From a virus (taxonomy: Duplodnaviria; Caudoviricetes), in IMG/VR virus record IMGVR_UViG_3300035502_000313, positions 148,183 to 212,182 of that record: a stretch of DNA of 64,000 nucleotides. One strand, 5' to 3'. This document shows, piece after piece, positions 11,102 through 20,626 of this stretch (the stretch's first letter is position 1; each line of letters opens with the position of its first letter). A program made the position numbers and the translations under genes. The notes beneath the pieces are model-generated. The model saw only the letters and a program-made list of their open reading frames with translations, was not told the origin of the DNA and did no database searches.

Positions 11102-11137
11102 AAGAGAACCATGCTCTTTTACAAGCATGGTTCTTTT
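11102..11137. terminator. Intrinsic terminator hairpin
   Basis: AGAACCATGCT...AGCATGGTTCT inverted repeat at the end of the 11140..11742 gene. Confidence 0.7.
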
Positions 11138-11139
11138 TG

Positions 11140-11742
11140 TTATATATTCAGAAATCTCATAAATGTGCTTACATCATGTGCTTTTTTATGTGTTATAAAT
11201 TTTACAGTAAAATAATCACTACCAGTTCTATAATATAACTCTGCATCTAATTCTGTGCTTTTAGTACCAGGCAACATAGTGGGAGCTATATACATTGGTC
11301 TATTATCAATAAAGAACTTTCCTGCTCCATCTGCTGATTTTTTTATTAATACATTATTATAGAAAGTCTCATCTGTATTTAAAGAGTTTACATAAGATAC
11401 ATTATCAGATGTATAAATATCATTTGATATAGCTTTAAGAATACTCATAGCTTTATTATATTGCTGAATTGCATTATAAACTCCTATATTATCAAATGTA
11501 TCTAATACACCAATATCTAATTCATATCCAATAGTCTTTTCTTTAATTACATCAACAGAATACATCTTATTGAAATATCTATCACTAATATCTTTACACT
11601 TAATCATTTTAATTCCACTTGAATTAGGTGAGAATACTATATCTCCAAATACTGGATCTCTAGCTATATATACATAACTATCAGAAGCATTTAATTTAAA
11701 TTCAGATATATATCCTCCAAGAATAGCACTTATATTAGTCAT
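11140..11742 (-). CDS. Hypothetical protein coupled to the DNA polymerase N-terminal gene
   Basis: Likely start MTNISAIL at 11742 after GGAGGAG, overlapping the polymerase stop. Confidence 0.65.
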   Translation of the reverse strand: MTNISAILGGYISEFKLNASDSYVYIARDPVFGDIVFSPNSSGIKMIKCKDISDRYFNKMYSVDVIKEKTIGYELDIGVLDTFDNIGVYNAIQQYNKAMSILKAISNDIYTSDNVSYVNSLNTDETFYNNVLIKKSADGAGKFFIDNRPMYIAPTMLPGTKSTELDAELYYRTGSDYFTVKFITHKKAHDVSTFMRFLNI

Positions 11743-13783
11743 TGTTAGTCTCCTCCATCTGCTTCGGTTTGCTATATAAATATCCTTCCTTAAGTGTATT
11801 AAAAATCTCTGTAAAGTTATTAAAATCAGAACGTTTAAAATCATACTTAGGTTGATTGATAATACTCTTATCTCCGCAAGCCATTGCATGAACAATAGCA
11901 GCGTCTCTATCTGAATCACAGAATACAAATAAAGGCTTAACCATACTATCAGGTTTATTAGATACATCATCAAAATCATGATAAGTCAATATGCCATCTG
12001 GATATCTGATATTAGTAAAGTATTCTATTACATCATCATACATTTCTTCATAACTTGCAAAATGGAACCAACGATTAAAGAATTCAATCCAGTTATGTGA
12101 CTGTAGATCATCCATAAACTGTGCTTCTCTTTTCCATTTTATTTCGTCTCTATGAAATCTATTTTCAAATTCATATACCTTATTCGGAATATTGACATGA
12201 GCAATCAAGGTTGTTCTTGACATGTTTGCTTCAGATGTGATTGATGGATAAAGGGCTTTATAATCATAATCATCCAAGTTATCATATATAGATACTGGAC
12301 GTCCATTGATTTTACGTTTAGAATAATCACTGTTTAATTTAGGGTCAGCAACAAATGCACCTGGGAATGAAACTTTAGGTGTATTCTGATTTACATTGTT
12401 TCCTATAATCATTCCATAATTATAGTATGATTTCGCTGCTCTATTCTTAAGATATACTGTTTGTCTATAAATCTTAGACCAACGTGTATTATTAAGAAGA
12501 ACGTTATTATATGCTGAGTTAATATCATTAACCTTATATTCAATACAATACTGAACAATAGTATCCATGATATTATAAAATACAAATGTCTCATAATCTT
12601 TATAAGGTAATTCTGCTAAGTTCTTTGTAATATGACTATAATTAAGTTTCTTTACGCCACAAGTAATCTGTCCAATATAATCCAATTTATAACTTCCTAT
12701 AGCTGCTTGTCCTTTACGTCTTGAAGCGAAATGAATCATCTGGTCTAACCATACTGAATACGAACTAATCTTTGCAAAGTCATTACGTTCTTCATACTTA
12801 AACTGATTTCTTTCATCAATCATATAATTGACTTCTTTATATCTAAAATCAGGATGACACATAATATCTTTTGGATTAAATCCAAGATTGATAATACGCT
12901 GAATAATATACGGAACGTCGAATGCCATATTCCAAGCTAATACAAAATCAGGTTTAAGATTGTTAATATAATTAAACAATTGTCTAAGCATTTCTATTTC
13001 ATCCTTTTCATCATAGAAATGAAATACAACTTGCATTTTATCAACTCTATATTTTTTAGCTTGTTCTGGACCACCAACTGCATCAACAAGAAACTGTTTA
13101 AGTCTCATATTTAACATTGGTTCTTTTGATTCTCTTTCAAACTTCTCAATCAAAGGATTAGTATCATTTCTTAATAAGAATGAATGGATTATCAATGACT
13201 GGTCATCAATAAAAGAAACTGCATTTATAGGACACTCGCCTAACTCTACAAAATCTCCTTTACAATTAATTGTATCTGCTTCGATATCAAGATATGCTTT
13301 TGAAGGAACTGTATAAGAATTTTCATATGTGTGAGAAAACTGAAATCTAATATTATCTTCAATATCCATATCAGACATTAATATACTTGGGTCATAATTA
13401 CACATTGTTTTATTAGCAGCTCTATTACCATTTCTACAATTGTCATAGAACTTATCTAACTTTCCAAGTCTTTCAGCAATATCCATCTGTAATTTGGAAT
13501 ATGGAACAATAACACATTTACAATCTTCTATCATAGCATACTCTAATGTATACTCAGGAATTTTCATATCACTTCTGAGTATATAATATTCGTACATCGG
13601 GTCTACAATAGTTTCGAGAAATTTCTCACCAGTTTTATTATCCTTAATAATAAGGTCTATAGCACCACTTTCCCATTTACCTTCATTATTCTTTCTAGGA
13701 TAATGATATATCGTATTTAATAAAGATAATGGATATCCCTTAGGATATTGTCCTATGATAAAATCATTGTCGTAGTATTTCAT
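11735..13783 (-). CDS. polB: Family B DNA polymerase, N-terminal subunit (3'-5' exonuclease plus motif A)
   Basis: ExoI YLDIEAD, ExoII AWNMAFDVPYI, SYKLDYIG, ExoIII YNIMDT, motif A DYDYKALYPS; no motif B or C; start MKYYD after GGAGG. Confidence 0.9.
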   Translation of the reverse strand: MKYYDNDFIIGQYPKGYPLSLLNTIYHYPRKNNEGKWESGAIDLIIKDNKTGEKFLETIVDPMYEYYILRSDMKIPEYTLEYAMIEDCKCVIVPYSKLQMDIAERLGKLDKFYDNCRNGNRAANKTMCNYDPSILMSDMDIEDNIRFQFSHTYENSYTVPSKAYLDIEADTINCKGDFVELGECPINAVSFIDDQSLIIHSFLLRNDTNPLIEKFERESKEPMLNMRLKQFLVDAVGGPEQAKKYRVDKMQVVFHFYDEKDEIEMLRQLFNYINNLKPDFVLAWNMAFDVPYIIQRIINLGFNPKDIMCHPDFRYKEVNYMIDERNQFKYEERNDFAKISSYSVWLDQMIHFASRRKGQAAIGSYKLDYIGQITCGVKKLNYSHITKNLAELPYKDYETFVFYNIMDTIVQYCIEYKVNDINSAYNNVLLNNTRWSKIYRQTVYLKNRAAKSYYNYGMIIGNNVNQNTPKVSFPGAFVADPKLNSDYSKRKINGRPVSIYDNLDDYDYKALYPSITSEANMSRTTLIAHVNIPNKVYEFENRFHRDEIKWKREAQFMDDLQSHNWIEFFNRWFHFASYEEMYDDVIEYFTNIRYPDGILTYHDFDDVSNKPDSMVKPLFVFCDSDRDAAIVHAMACGDKSIINQPKYDFKRSDFNNFTEIFNTLKEGYLYSKPKQMEETNND

Positions 13784-13854
13784 TTTTATTTCCTCCATTT
13801 ACCAACGTACGCAATACGTACGTTTATATTTTATATAGTAGTTTGAGCATCTAT

Positions 13855-13983
13855 AAAAAACGACAGACATACTCCACAGCCGCCGAAACTGTGGAGATGC
13901 TGTTCTTTTGTTCTTTTAACAGAGGAAAACAATTCTTCGCAGAGGAAATCATGTCTCAACCAGAAGGCTGATTGCTCAACCTT
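13855..13983 (-). ncRNA. Candidate sRNA A (anti-RBS antisense RNA)
   Basis: Promoter AACA-TTTAGA-TA (13994-13983), 5' GCAA-loop hairpin, two TTTCCTCTG anti-SD boxes, terminator with T6; no ORF and no upstream gene on this strand. Confidence 0.65.
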
Positions 13984-14058
13984 ATCTAAATGTTGATAAA
14001 TATTAGCGATTTATGTGAAAAACATTTCTATAATACAATCAAAAGGAGGAAATAAAAT

Positions 14059-15015
14059 ATGGCTTATTTAAACTTTGACATTTTAAAAGGCAATACTACT
14101 TCAGATAATAAACCAGAACAAGATTTAACTCCTACAGTTATTCCAGTGTCTGAAGGTGAAGAACCTGCAAAAAGAAAAAGAGGAAGACCTAGAAAGAGTG
14201 AGCAACAACCTCAACAAGCTACAGCAGAGATTATTCCTTCTGCTGGTACAAATCCTGTTAATACTGTTTCTATGTGTCAAACATCAGAACCGTATATTGA
14301 TACTTTTAATGAAACAAATGACATGTTAAAGTATTCTATTATGCAGTTAGATGTATTAACTTCTGATGTAAAGAATGAGTTAGATTCTATTAGAAGTTCT
14401 AAAACTCTTAAGGGTAAGTATAAGTATATTTCTGACTTATGTGCAACAGCAAGTTCTCTAGTAAGCTCTAAGATTTCTGCTATTAAAGAAATCAATGCTG
14501 TAACTCATAACTGTCATAAACTTGAACTTCAAAGGGTTAAAGATATCAAGAACTCTGCAGCTAATCAACAGGATGATGATAAGTATATTACTGACCTTTA
14601 TAATGCTTACATTAATACACCTGTAGGAGCTGGTCCTAATCCAGCATTACAATATACATCTTCTAATGTAGCTGGTAATATGCAAGCATTAATGGGCGGT
14701 GTTAATACTATTCCTGTAAACGAAGACCAGAACTTCCAGAATTATATGAGTAATCTAACTCCTGAACAAAATAGAATGATTCTCGGAGATAAGTCCAATA
14801 TTGAAACTGTAGTTGTTTATGATCCTACAACTGGTGAAAAGTCATTTGAAGTTATTGATTCTAGTACAGGTATTTCTGTACCTAATTATCCAAGGCCAAA
14901 TGCAGGACTTCTAGATGATACTAGTATAGATATGGCTACTGGTATTGCATCTAATACAAATATTGGACAGAGTTGGAAAGTTGTCGTACTCGGAGATATG
15001 ATAAACAAATTCTAA
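14059..15015 (+). CDS. AT-hook-containing hypothetical protein
   Basis: KRKRGRPRKS motif near the N-terminus; central helical region; late-type promoter 14021-14032. Confidence 0.65.
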   Translation: MAYLNFDILKGNTTSDNKPEQDLTPTVIPVSEGEEPAKRKRGRPRKSEQQPQQATAEIIPSAGTNPVNTVSMCQTSEPYIDTFNETNDMLKYSIMQLDVLTSDVKNELDSIRSSKTLKGKYKYISDLCATASSLVSSKISAIKEINAVTHNCHKLELQRVKDIKNSAANQQDDDKYITDLYNAYINTPVGAGPNPALQYTSSNVAGNMQALMGGVNTIPVNEDQNFQNYMSNLTPEQNRMILGDKSNIETVVVYDPTTGEKSFEVIDSSTGISVPNYPRPNAGLLDDTSIDMATGIASNTNIGQSWKVVVLGDMINKF

Positions 15016-15018
15016 TTG

Positions 15019-15033
15019 TATACTATTATTATG
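15019..15033 (+). promoter_or_regulatory. Putative early (virion RNAP) promoter TATAYWAT-N4-RTG
   Basis: TATACTAT-TATT-ATG; same motif at 57896(+), 24642(-), 29318(-), 32265(-). Confidence 0.6.
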
Positions 15034-15083
15034 ATTATAAAGAAATTTTATAATCTAATATTAATTACAAAGGAGTTTTATTT

Positions 15084-15413
15084 ATGAAAGGTATCGACAA
15101 ACTCTGTGAATGGTTCACTGAGAATCCAAATGTATGTGCAAAAGAGGTTGAACTGGCACTTAATGAAGAGTGTTATGTTATCGATCCAAATATTATTGAC
15201 AATGAGAATGGAATGTATGCTTATATACCTTGTGTTGTTGTGAGAATTGATATGTCTCAGAATATCCCTGGACGTAAATATTATATGCTTCAGGCTAAAG
15301 AAAGCATTAACGACGAACAGCTTAATAGTTTAGAAGAAGCAGGTATAAAATTCTATAAGTATTTAGAGAATACAAGTCCATATTTGTTCAAAATCAATAA
15401 TACTATTGGATAA
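15084..15413 (+). CDS. Hypothetical protein (early-type promoter)
   Basis: 109-aa ORF with AAGGAG RBS, own promoter and terminator. Confidence 0.7.
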   Translation: MKGIDKLCEWFTENPNVCAKEVELALNEECYVIDPNIIDNENGMYAYIPCVVVRIDMSQNIPGRKYYMLQAKESINDEQLNSLEEAGIKFYKYLENTSPYLFKINNTIG

Positions 15414-15437
15414 CTTAAAGTTTAATCGAAATACTGT

Positions 15438-15465
15438 GAATGAGCCTTCGGGCTCATTCTTTTTT
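15438..15465 (+). terminator. Intrinsic terminator
   Basis: GAATGAGCC-TTCG-GGCTCATTC followed by a T tract. Confidence 0.9.
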
Positions 15466-15482
15466 GTTAAGGAGGTTCTAAA

Positions 15483-16790
15483 ATGGCATATAGAGAAATT
15501 AAAGTTAAAGACATAGCGGTACAGAAACAACTTAATAGAAATATTGTCGTAGCTCCTTTACATCAAAGCTATGCATTATGTATAGAATATATGAAGCATT
15601 GGTTTCTAAAGAAGTTTTCAGATGACTTCTTTTCTTGGACTCATGTAGATGGTAGTCATGTATTTGGTGATATTACTAAATATACTAGACAAGAAATAAT
15701 GTCTCATAATTCAGATGATAAAGCAGCATTGACAATTATTCCTACTATAGATGATGATTATAATAGAGATAGATTGGATCAGAATCTATTTGGAATTGAT
15801 CAATTTATTAATACAACAAAAATAGACAAAGCGTTCTTTCAAGACCCAGTCAATAAAAGATATATTATGATGAAGATGGATATGATGCTTCTTAATTTTA
15901 CATATAGAGTTAAATTACCTTCAAGAGCAATGCAACTAGATGTACAGAAGTATATGAAACTTGCATTTAGAACTAATCTATCAGAATCTCAAGATGTAGA
16001 TTTAGATTATGTAATGCCATATCCGATGATGTTATTCATTGCAAAAGATTTGGGATTTGAAATTAAAGACGATAGAATATGTGAGCCTATAAAGTTTCTT
16101 ACATATCTAAATAGTCGTTCTTATATTCCTATTACATATAAGCGTTCTAATGTAAATGCAAGAGAAGAATACTTTGTAAGAGTAGACCATCTCCCAGTAC
16201 GTCTTCTAATAAAAGATGTAAGTAAAGATGATGGTAATAAATATGGTCATGTATCAGATGACTTTAATATAGAAATGCAAGTTGAAACAAGATTCCCATC
16301 AATGCAATTATATGTATACTTTACTAAAGAAGAAGCTACAGATGTTGTATTTGGTAAAGAGGCTACTAATATTGATAATACGCTTATGATGTCACTACAT
16401 TATTATGACGATCCTCCAGCAATTAATGATAAAGGATGGAAGCTTACTATAAATGCTCAATGGGAAGAAGATAAGCCTGGGCTTATTAATATTGATTTGA
16501 ACGAATTATTCGACGGTGAATTATCTCAGATTTCAAATTATCTGATTTCTAGATTTATTTCTCCTAGTGTATTTTTAGATATACAACTCTATAGCGGAGG
16601 AATTAAACTAGAAGATGTAGATATAGATTGGGGAAGTATGAAACTAACTGCAAAAAATCCTACAGAAAAATTAATTTCAACACTGGCAATTTATATTGAT
16701 CTTGAATATTTGAATAGTATTAGAGTTGAAAGTTATGGAAATGAGGGCTCTAGTAAAGTAATGATGAGTGACCCTAATAGGTCTTATTAA
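15483..16790 (+). CDS. Hypothetical protein, probable virion structural (neck/tail completion-like)
   Basis: 435-aa ORF, AGGAGG RBS, within the head operon; function inferred from context only. Confidence 0.5.
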   Translation: MAYREIKVKDIAVQKQLNRNIVVAPLHQSYALCIEYMKHWFLKKFSDDFFSWTHVDGSHVFGDITKYTRQEIMSHNSDDKAALTIIPTIDDDYNRDRLDQNLFGIDQFINTTKIDKAFFQDPVNKRYIMMKMDMMLLNFTYRVKLPSRAMQLDVQKYMKLAFRTNLSESQDVDLDYVMPYPMMLFIAKDLGFEIKDDRICEPIKFLTYLNSRSYIPITYKRSNVNAREEYFVRVDHLPVRLLIKDVSKDDGNKYGHVSDDFNIEMQVETRFPSMQLYVYFTKEEATDVVFGKEATNIDNTLMMSLHYYDDPPAINDKGWKLTINAQWEEDKPGLINIDLNELFDGELSQISNYLISRFISPSVFLDIQLYSGGIKLEDVDIDWGSMKLTAKNPTEKLISTLAIYIDLEYLNSIRVESYGNEGSSKVMMSDPNRSY

Positions 16791-16831
16791 GAACTTTAAT
16801 ATAAAACACCGAAGAAAAGGAGGTCATTTCA

Positions 16832-19465
16832 ATGAGTCTTACATACAGAGATATTACCAATCGTCAAAGAAATTTAATGACAATTGATAATTGCAATATT
16901 AATGTCAATGTAAATCAGCTTCTTGATTCATTAAAAGAAAGCTACTCGTATCATAAGGCTAAACTTTTGTTAGAAAATTGGACAGCATTTGGTAATGAAG
17001 ATATTGCTCTTGATAAGGTATTTGAAGTATTTACTATCATTACAGATAATGATGATATTCCTAATATAGAGAATGCATCGAATATCATAGAAGGTAATAT
17101 TATTACTAAATTACGTAATGCAAAGCAAACAAATTTATTGAATCATTACAAACGTGGTTGGATTAAGCATAGACATACATCAATGCTTAATGATACTAAA
17201 GATAATGAGAATGCTGTTGCTAAGGCTAAAGCAAATGGTGGATATTTAGGAAATTCTCTTCACCCAAATAGAAAATATAAAAGAGATATTTATGGGCGTA
17301 AAATGGGAGAAGTAAAAAATACCAGCTCCCAACAGCAAGATGGAAATGATGAATCAGATAATACTGCCGAAGTTGCTAAAGAATGCTTTGACAGATTTAT
17401 TAATGTGGCTTATGTTAATGAGCAATGTGATAGAGTTCTAAATAATCATCAAAAGCTATCTAAAAGATTTAATTTTGATAATATCGTAAGACAGTGTCCA
17501 TTATCAACAGCAGCATTGCAAGACTGTATATATCATATGTGTGGTTTATTAGAGACATATGATATGTATGAAGGAGTTAGATATCTTATATCATTAGAGA
17601 ATATAATGTATCTAATGAATAAGAATTGTGTACCTGTGGACAATTCATTTATTGTAGAAACAGTAACTGATTATTTTTTAATGTCAGAAGATACTAATAT
17701 CGATGTTACAATTAGAAATCTTAAGTATGTAATTGAGAATTCTAAATTCTTTAACGATGATGAACTTTCTGGAGTTAGATATGTATGTACTGATAATGAG
17801 GATGCTATCATTGAAGCTGTAGAGAATGAAGAAGACATTGATTTTGTAGAAGAGAATAAAATACATGATATGTTTCTTAAGTATAAACAAAAGAGAGCTA
17901 TTACTCTTAAGAAAAAACAAAAGGTAGAATCTCTTAGAATTAAAAAAGAGATTCATGATTTTAAAAAGTCTAATAAGAAAACAATTGAAAATTTCAAAGC
18001 TACTATATCAAGAATATTTGTTAATAGTCCAGAAGGAATTATTAATGAATTACCTGATATATTTAAATTTGTAAGACTAGGAATAGTTATAGGAGCATTT
18101 GCTATTAATCCATATCTTGGAATTATTACTATGATAACAGGATTTTTCTTAAAGATGAAGATATCTAGAGAAAGAATGGCGATTGTAATAATACAATATA
18201 CTAAAGAATGTGATAATTATAAAAAGAAAATGGATAAAGCTAAATCAAATGGCGACGAAAAGAAAAGAGAAAAATATGAGAAGCTATATAAGCAGTATAA
18301 AGAAGATATATCTAAGCTAGAATCTTATCAAGAAGAACTCTATACAGAAGCTGAGAATGAAAAGCGTATGGAAGAAAAATATGCTAAAGAAGCTGAAAAA
18401 GGTGGAGATGATTTTAGCTTTGATGATTTCGATATGGCTTTTGATTTTGATTTCGAAGAACAAACTGCTATTGAATATGCTGATATGATGGCTACATTGT
18501 GTGAACAATTATCTTTTTCTAAGGCTAATTTAGATGCTTGTATTCATAATAATATATCTAAATTATCTAGTGGTGATATATACAATATTACAGAAGCAGT
18601 TAAATTATGTAATGATATTGTAGATTGTCCTAGATTTGTTAATACTCTAGAAGATGAACTTGCTAGAGTTAGAGGTATCAAGAATGAATCTTATATTGTA
18701 TCTCTTCAACGAATAGATTCTATAAAGATGTGTATGTCTGATATAGAAAAGATTAAGTATGATAGTCTTCTTGAATCTGGATTTATACAATCTGATAACG
18801 AACTGTATGATATAGAAACTATATATGAGACATTGAAATATAAGAATGAGATAATTAATGATACTATAGATTATATTAGATCAGTTAATGAAGCAAAAGA
18901 AAAAGATGATAAGAAAGGAATATCATTCTTAAGCAAATTAAAGATAGCTTCTCAGAATCTAAAGAGAGTTGCTTTAAAAGGAAAAGATAAAGACAAAGAA
19001 TTAAGTATGAAACTTGATAGTGAATTAAATAGAACTATGAAAGCTGTTAAACAAGCTATGATTAGTGATTCTAGAGAAAGTATTATCAAGGGTTCTTTCC
19101 TTCCTTCTGCTTCTAAGTGTTTACATATAGCTCTTGCTTCTGGTGCAGCATTTTTAATTGAACCAGCTCTTGCTATAGTTGGTTTGCTTGGTTTTATCGG
19201 TTGTTCTAAAGTATTAAATGAAAAAGAACGCAATCTTATTCTAGATGATATAGATATAGAAATTAAGATGTGTGATAAGTATATGAAGATTGCTGAAGAA
19301 AAAGATGATCTCACTGCAGTTAGAGAGATTATGAAGACAAAACGTGACTTAGAAAGACAGCGTTCCAGAATTCTTTATAATAAGAAATATGTATTTAAAG
19401 GTAAGAAACAATATGACATGAAACCTGCTTCTATGTCTAAGAATGCTAAAGACGATAATTATTAA
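16832..19465 (+). CDS. Probable internal head/virion protein
   Basis: 877 aa; two hydrophobic-hairpin plus coiled-coil modules; many hydrophobic-x-E sites; late-type promoter 16792-16803. Confidence 0.55.
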   Translation: MSLTYRDITNRQRNLMTIDNCNINVNVNQLLDSLKESYSYHKAKLLLENWTAFGNEDIALDKVFEVFTIITDNDDIPNIENASNIIEGNIITKLRNAKQTNLLNHYKRGWIKHRHTSMLNDTKDNENAVAKAKANGGYLGNSLHPNRKYKRDIYGRKMGEVKNTSSQQQDGNDESDNTAEVAKECFDRFINVAYVNEQCDRVLNNHQKLSKRFNFDNIVRQCPLSTAALQDCIYHMCGLLETYDMYEGVRYLISLENIMYLMNKNCVPVDNSFIVETVTDYFLMSEDTNIDVTIRNLKYVIENSKFFNDDELSGVRYVCTDNEDAIIEAVENEEDIDFVEENKIHDMFLKYKQKRAITLKKKQKVESLRIKKEIHDFKKSNKKTIENFKATISRIFVNSPEGIINELPDIFKFVRLGIVIGAFAINPYLGIITMITGFFLKMKISRERMAIVIIQYTKECDNYKKKMDKAKSNGDEKKREKYEKLYKQYKEDISKLESYQEELYTEAENEKRMEEKYAKEAEKGGDDFSFDDFDMAFDFDFEEQTAIEYADMMATLCEQLSFSKANLDACIHNNISKLSSGDIYNITEAVKLCNDIVDCPRFVNTLEDELARVRGIKNESYIVSLQRIDSIKMCMSDIEKIKYDSLLESGFIQSDNELYDIETIYETLKYKNEIINDTIDYIRSVNEAKEKDDKKGISFLSKLKIASQNLKRVALKGKDKDKELSMKLDSELNRTMKAVKQAMISDSRESIIKGSFLPSASKCLHIALASGAAFLIEPALAIVGLLGFIGCSKVLNEKERNLILDDIDIEIKMCDKYMKIAEEKDDLTAVREIMKTKRDLERQRSRILYNKKYVFKGKKQYDMKPASMSKNAKDDNY

Positions 19466-19480
19466 TGGAGGTGAAATACT

Positions 19481-20479
19481 TTGAGTTATCTTAATAGTTT
19501 GAGAGAGATTTTACACGAAATTAATATTGGTGGTGAAGATCCAAACGCTTCTCAAGAACCTGATGAAGATGATGGTGACCAGAACTTTATGGATGATAAT
19601 GATGATTCTGACACATCAGATAATACTACCGATGATTCTTCTAATTCTGATGATGAAGGAGATCAGAACTTTATGGATGACGATTCTGATAATAGTGAAG
19701 AAGAACAACCTGATACAAACGACAAAGGTTCTGATGAAGATGATGGTGACCAGAACTTTATGGATGATGATTCTTCTGATAACAGCGAAGATGATACAAC
19801 ATCTGATGATAATAACGAAGAAACTGATTCAGGAGATGAAAACTCTGGTGACCAAAACTTCATGGATGATGACGGAGGTGAAGATGATTCTGGTGAAACT
19901 GAAGACAGTGGAAAAGAATCAAATGATAATAATGAATCTGAAGAAAATAGTGATGATAATTCTGAAGAAGATGAAAATGGATATGATATTAATAAAATAG
20001 AAGATGAGCTATTCTCTAGTCTTACTCCAGAACAAATTGCTATTAAGAATCATGAACTTAAAAATCAATTCATTGAGCTTTATTCTATTATAGGAAGTAC
20101 ATTAGTAAGAATAAACGATATTTCTAAATCTAATGAAAATATTAATGTATTAAAATTTATAACAGAAAAGTTATTAGAGCTTAGAGAGATGATTGATTTC
20201 AATATAACTACTGCATATCAAACAAGAACTTATATTGAAAATAATATTATATATCAGCAATGTATAGCTACATTAAATGCTATTGCTGAAATTATAGATA
20301 ATATTCCTAAGTTAGATGGAAAGAAAGAAAACGAAGATGAAAACGAAATAGATAATAAGGGGATCCCAGTAGAACAAGATAAAGAATCTTCTGAAACATT
20401 AGATATTTCTGACTCTAGTGTATCTAATTATCAAGAGGAATCTACTGACTATTCTTCTGAATATAATGACCTATTTTAA
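19481..20479 (+). CDS. Highly acidic protein upstream of the capsid gene (scaffold/prohead core candidate)
   Basis: TTG start after GGAGGTG; D/E/S/N-rich N-half with four GDQNFMDD repeats. Confidence 0.55.
   Translation: MSYLNSLREILHEINIGGEDPNASQEPDEDDGDQNFMDDNDDSDTSDNTTDDSSNSDDEGDQNFMDDDSDNSEEEQPDTNDKGSDEDDGDQNFMDDDSSDNSEDDTTSDDNNEETDSGDENSGDQNFMDDDGGEDDSGETEDSGKESNDNNESEENSDDNSEEDENGYDINKIEDELFSSLTPEQIAIKNHELKNQFIELYSIIGSTLVRINDISKSNENINVLKFITEKLLELREMIDFNITTAYQTRTYIENNIIYQQCIATLNAIAEIIDNIPKLDGKKENEDENEIDNKGIPVEQDKESSETLDISDSSVSNYQEESTDYSSEYNDLF
19560..19875 (+). repeat. Four intragenic GDQNFMDD-coding repeats
   Basis: GG(T/A)GA(C/T)CA(G/A)AACTT(T/C)ATGGATGA recurs four times. Confidence 0.9.
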
Positions 20480-20499
20480 AATTTACAATGGAATATCAT

Positions 20500-20511
20500 A
20501 ACAATATAATA
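20500..20511 (+). promoter_or_regulatory. AR9-type non-virion RNAP promoter AACA-N6-TA (capsid gene)
   Basis: AACA-ATATAA-TA; one of 20 intergenic copies. Confidence 0.75.
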
Positions 20512-20626
20512 AAATAGTGAAAGGGATTTTATTGCTTGCACTATTAAAAATACAAATAACATCAATATCATCATCTAAATATTTATATTTTAACATTTTA
20601 TAAAAATTCAAAAGGAGGATACTAAT

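Noticed and set aside
11743-11979. Extended N-termini in the ORF track (also 22740, 47428, 56487, 57890, 58384)
   Set aside because: Downstream ATGs have well-spaced SD sequences, and the extensions overlap neighbouring genes, promoters or the RBS itself.
13951-13971. Plus-strand micro-ORF MSQPEG with AGAGG RBS
   Set aside because: No plus-strand promoter motif upstream; promoter, hairpin and terminator polarity all point to the minus strand. Kept only as an alternative to sRNA A.
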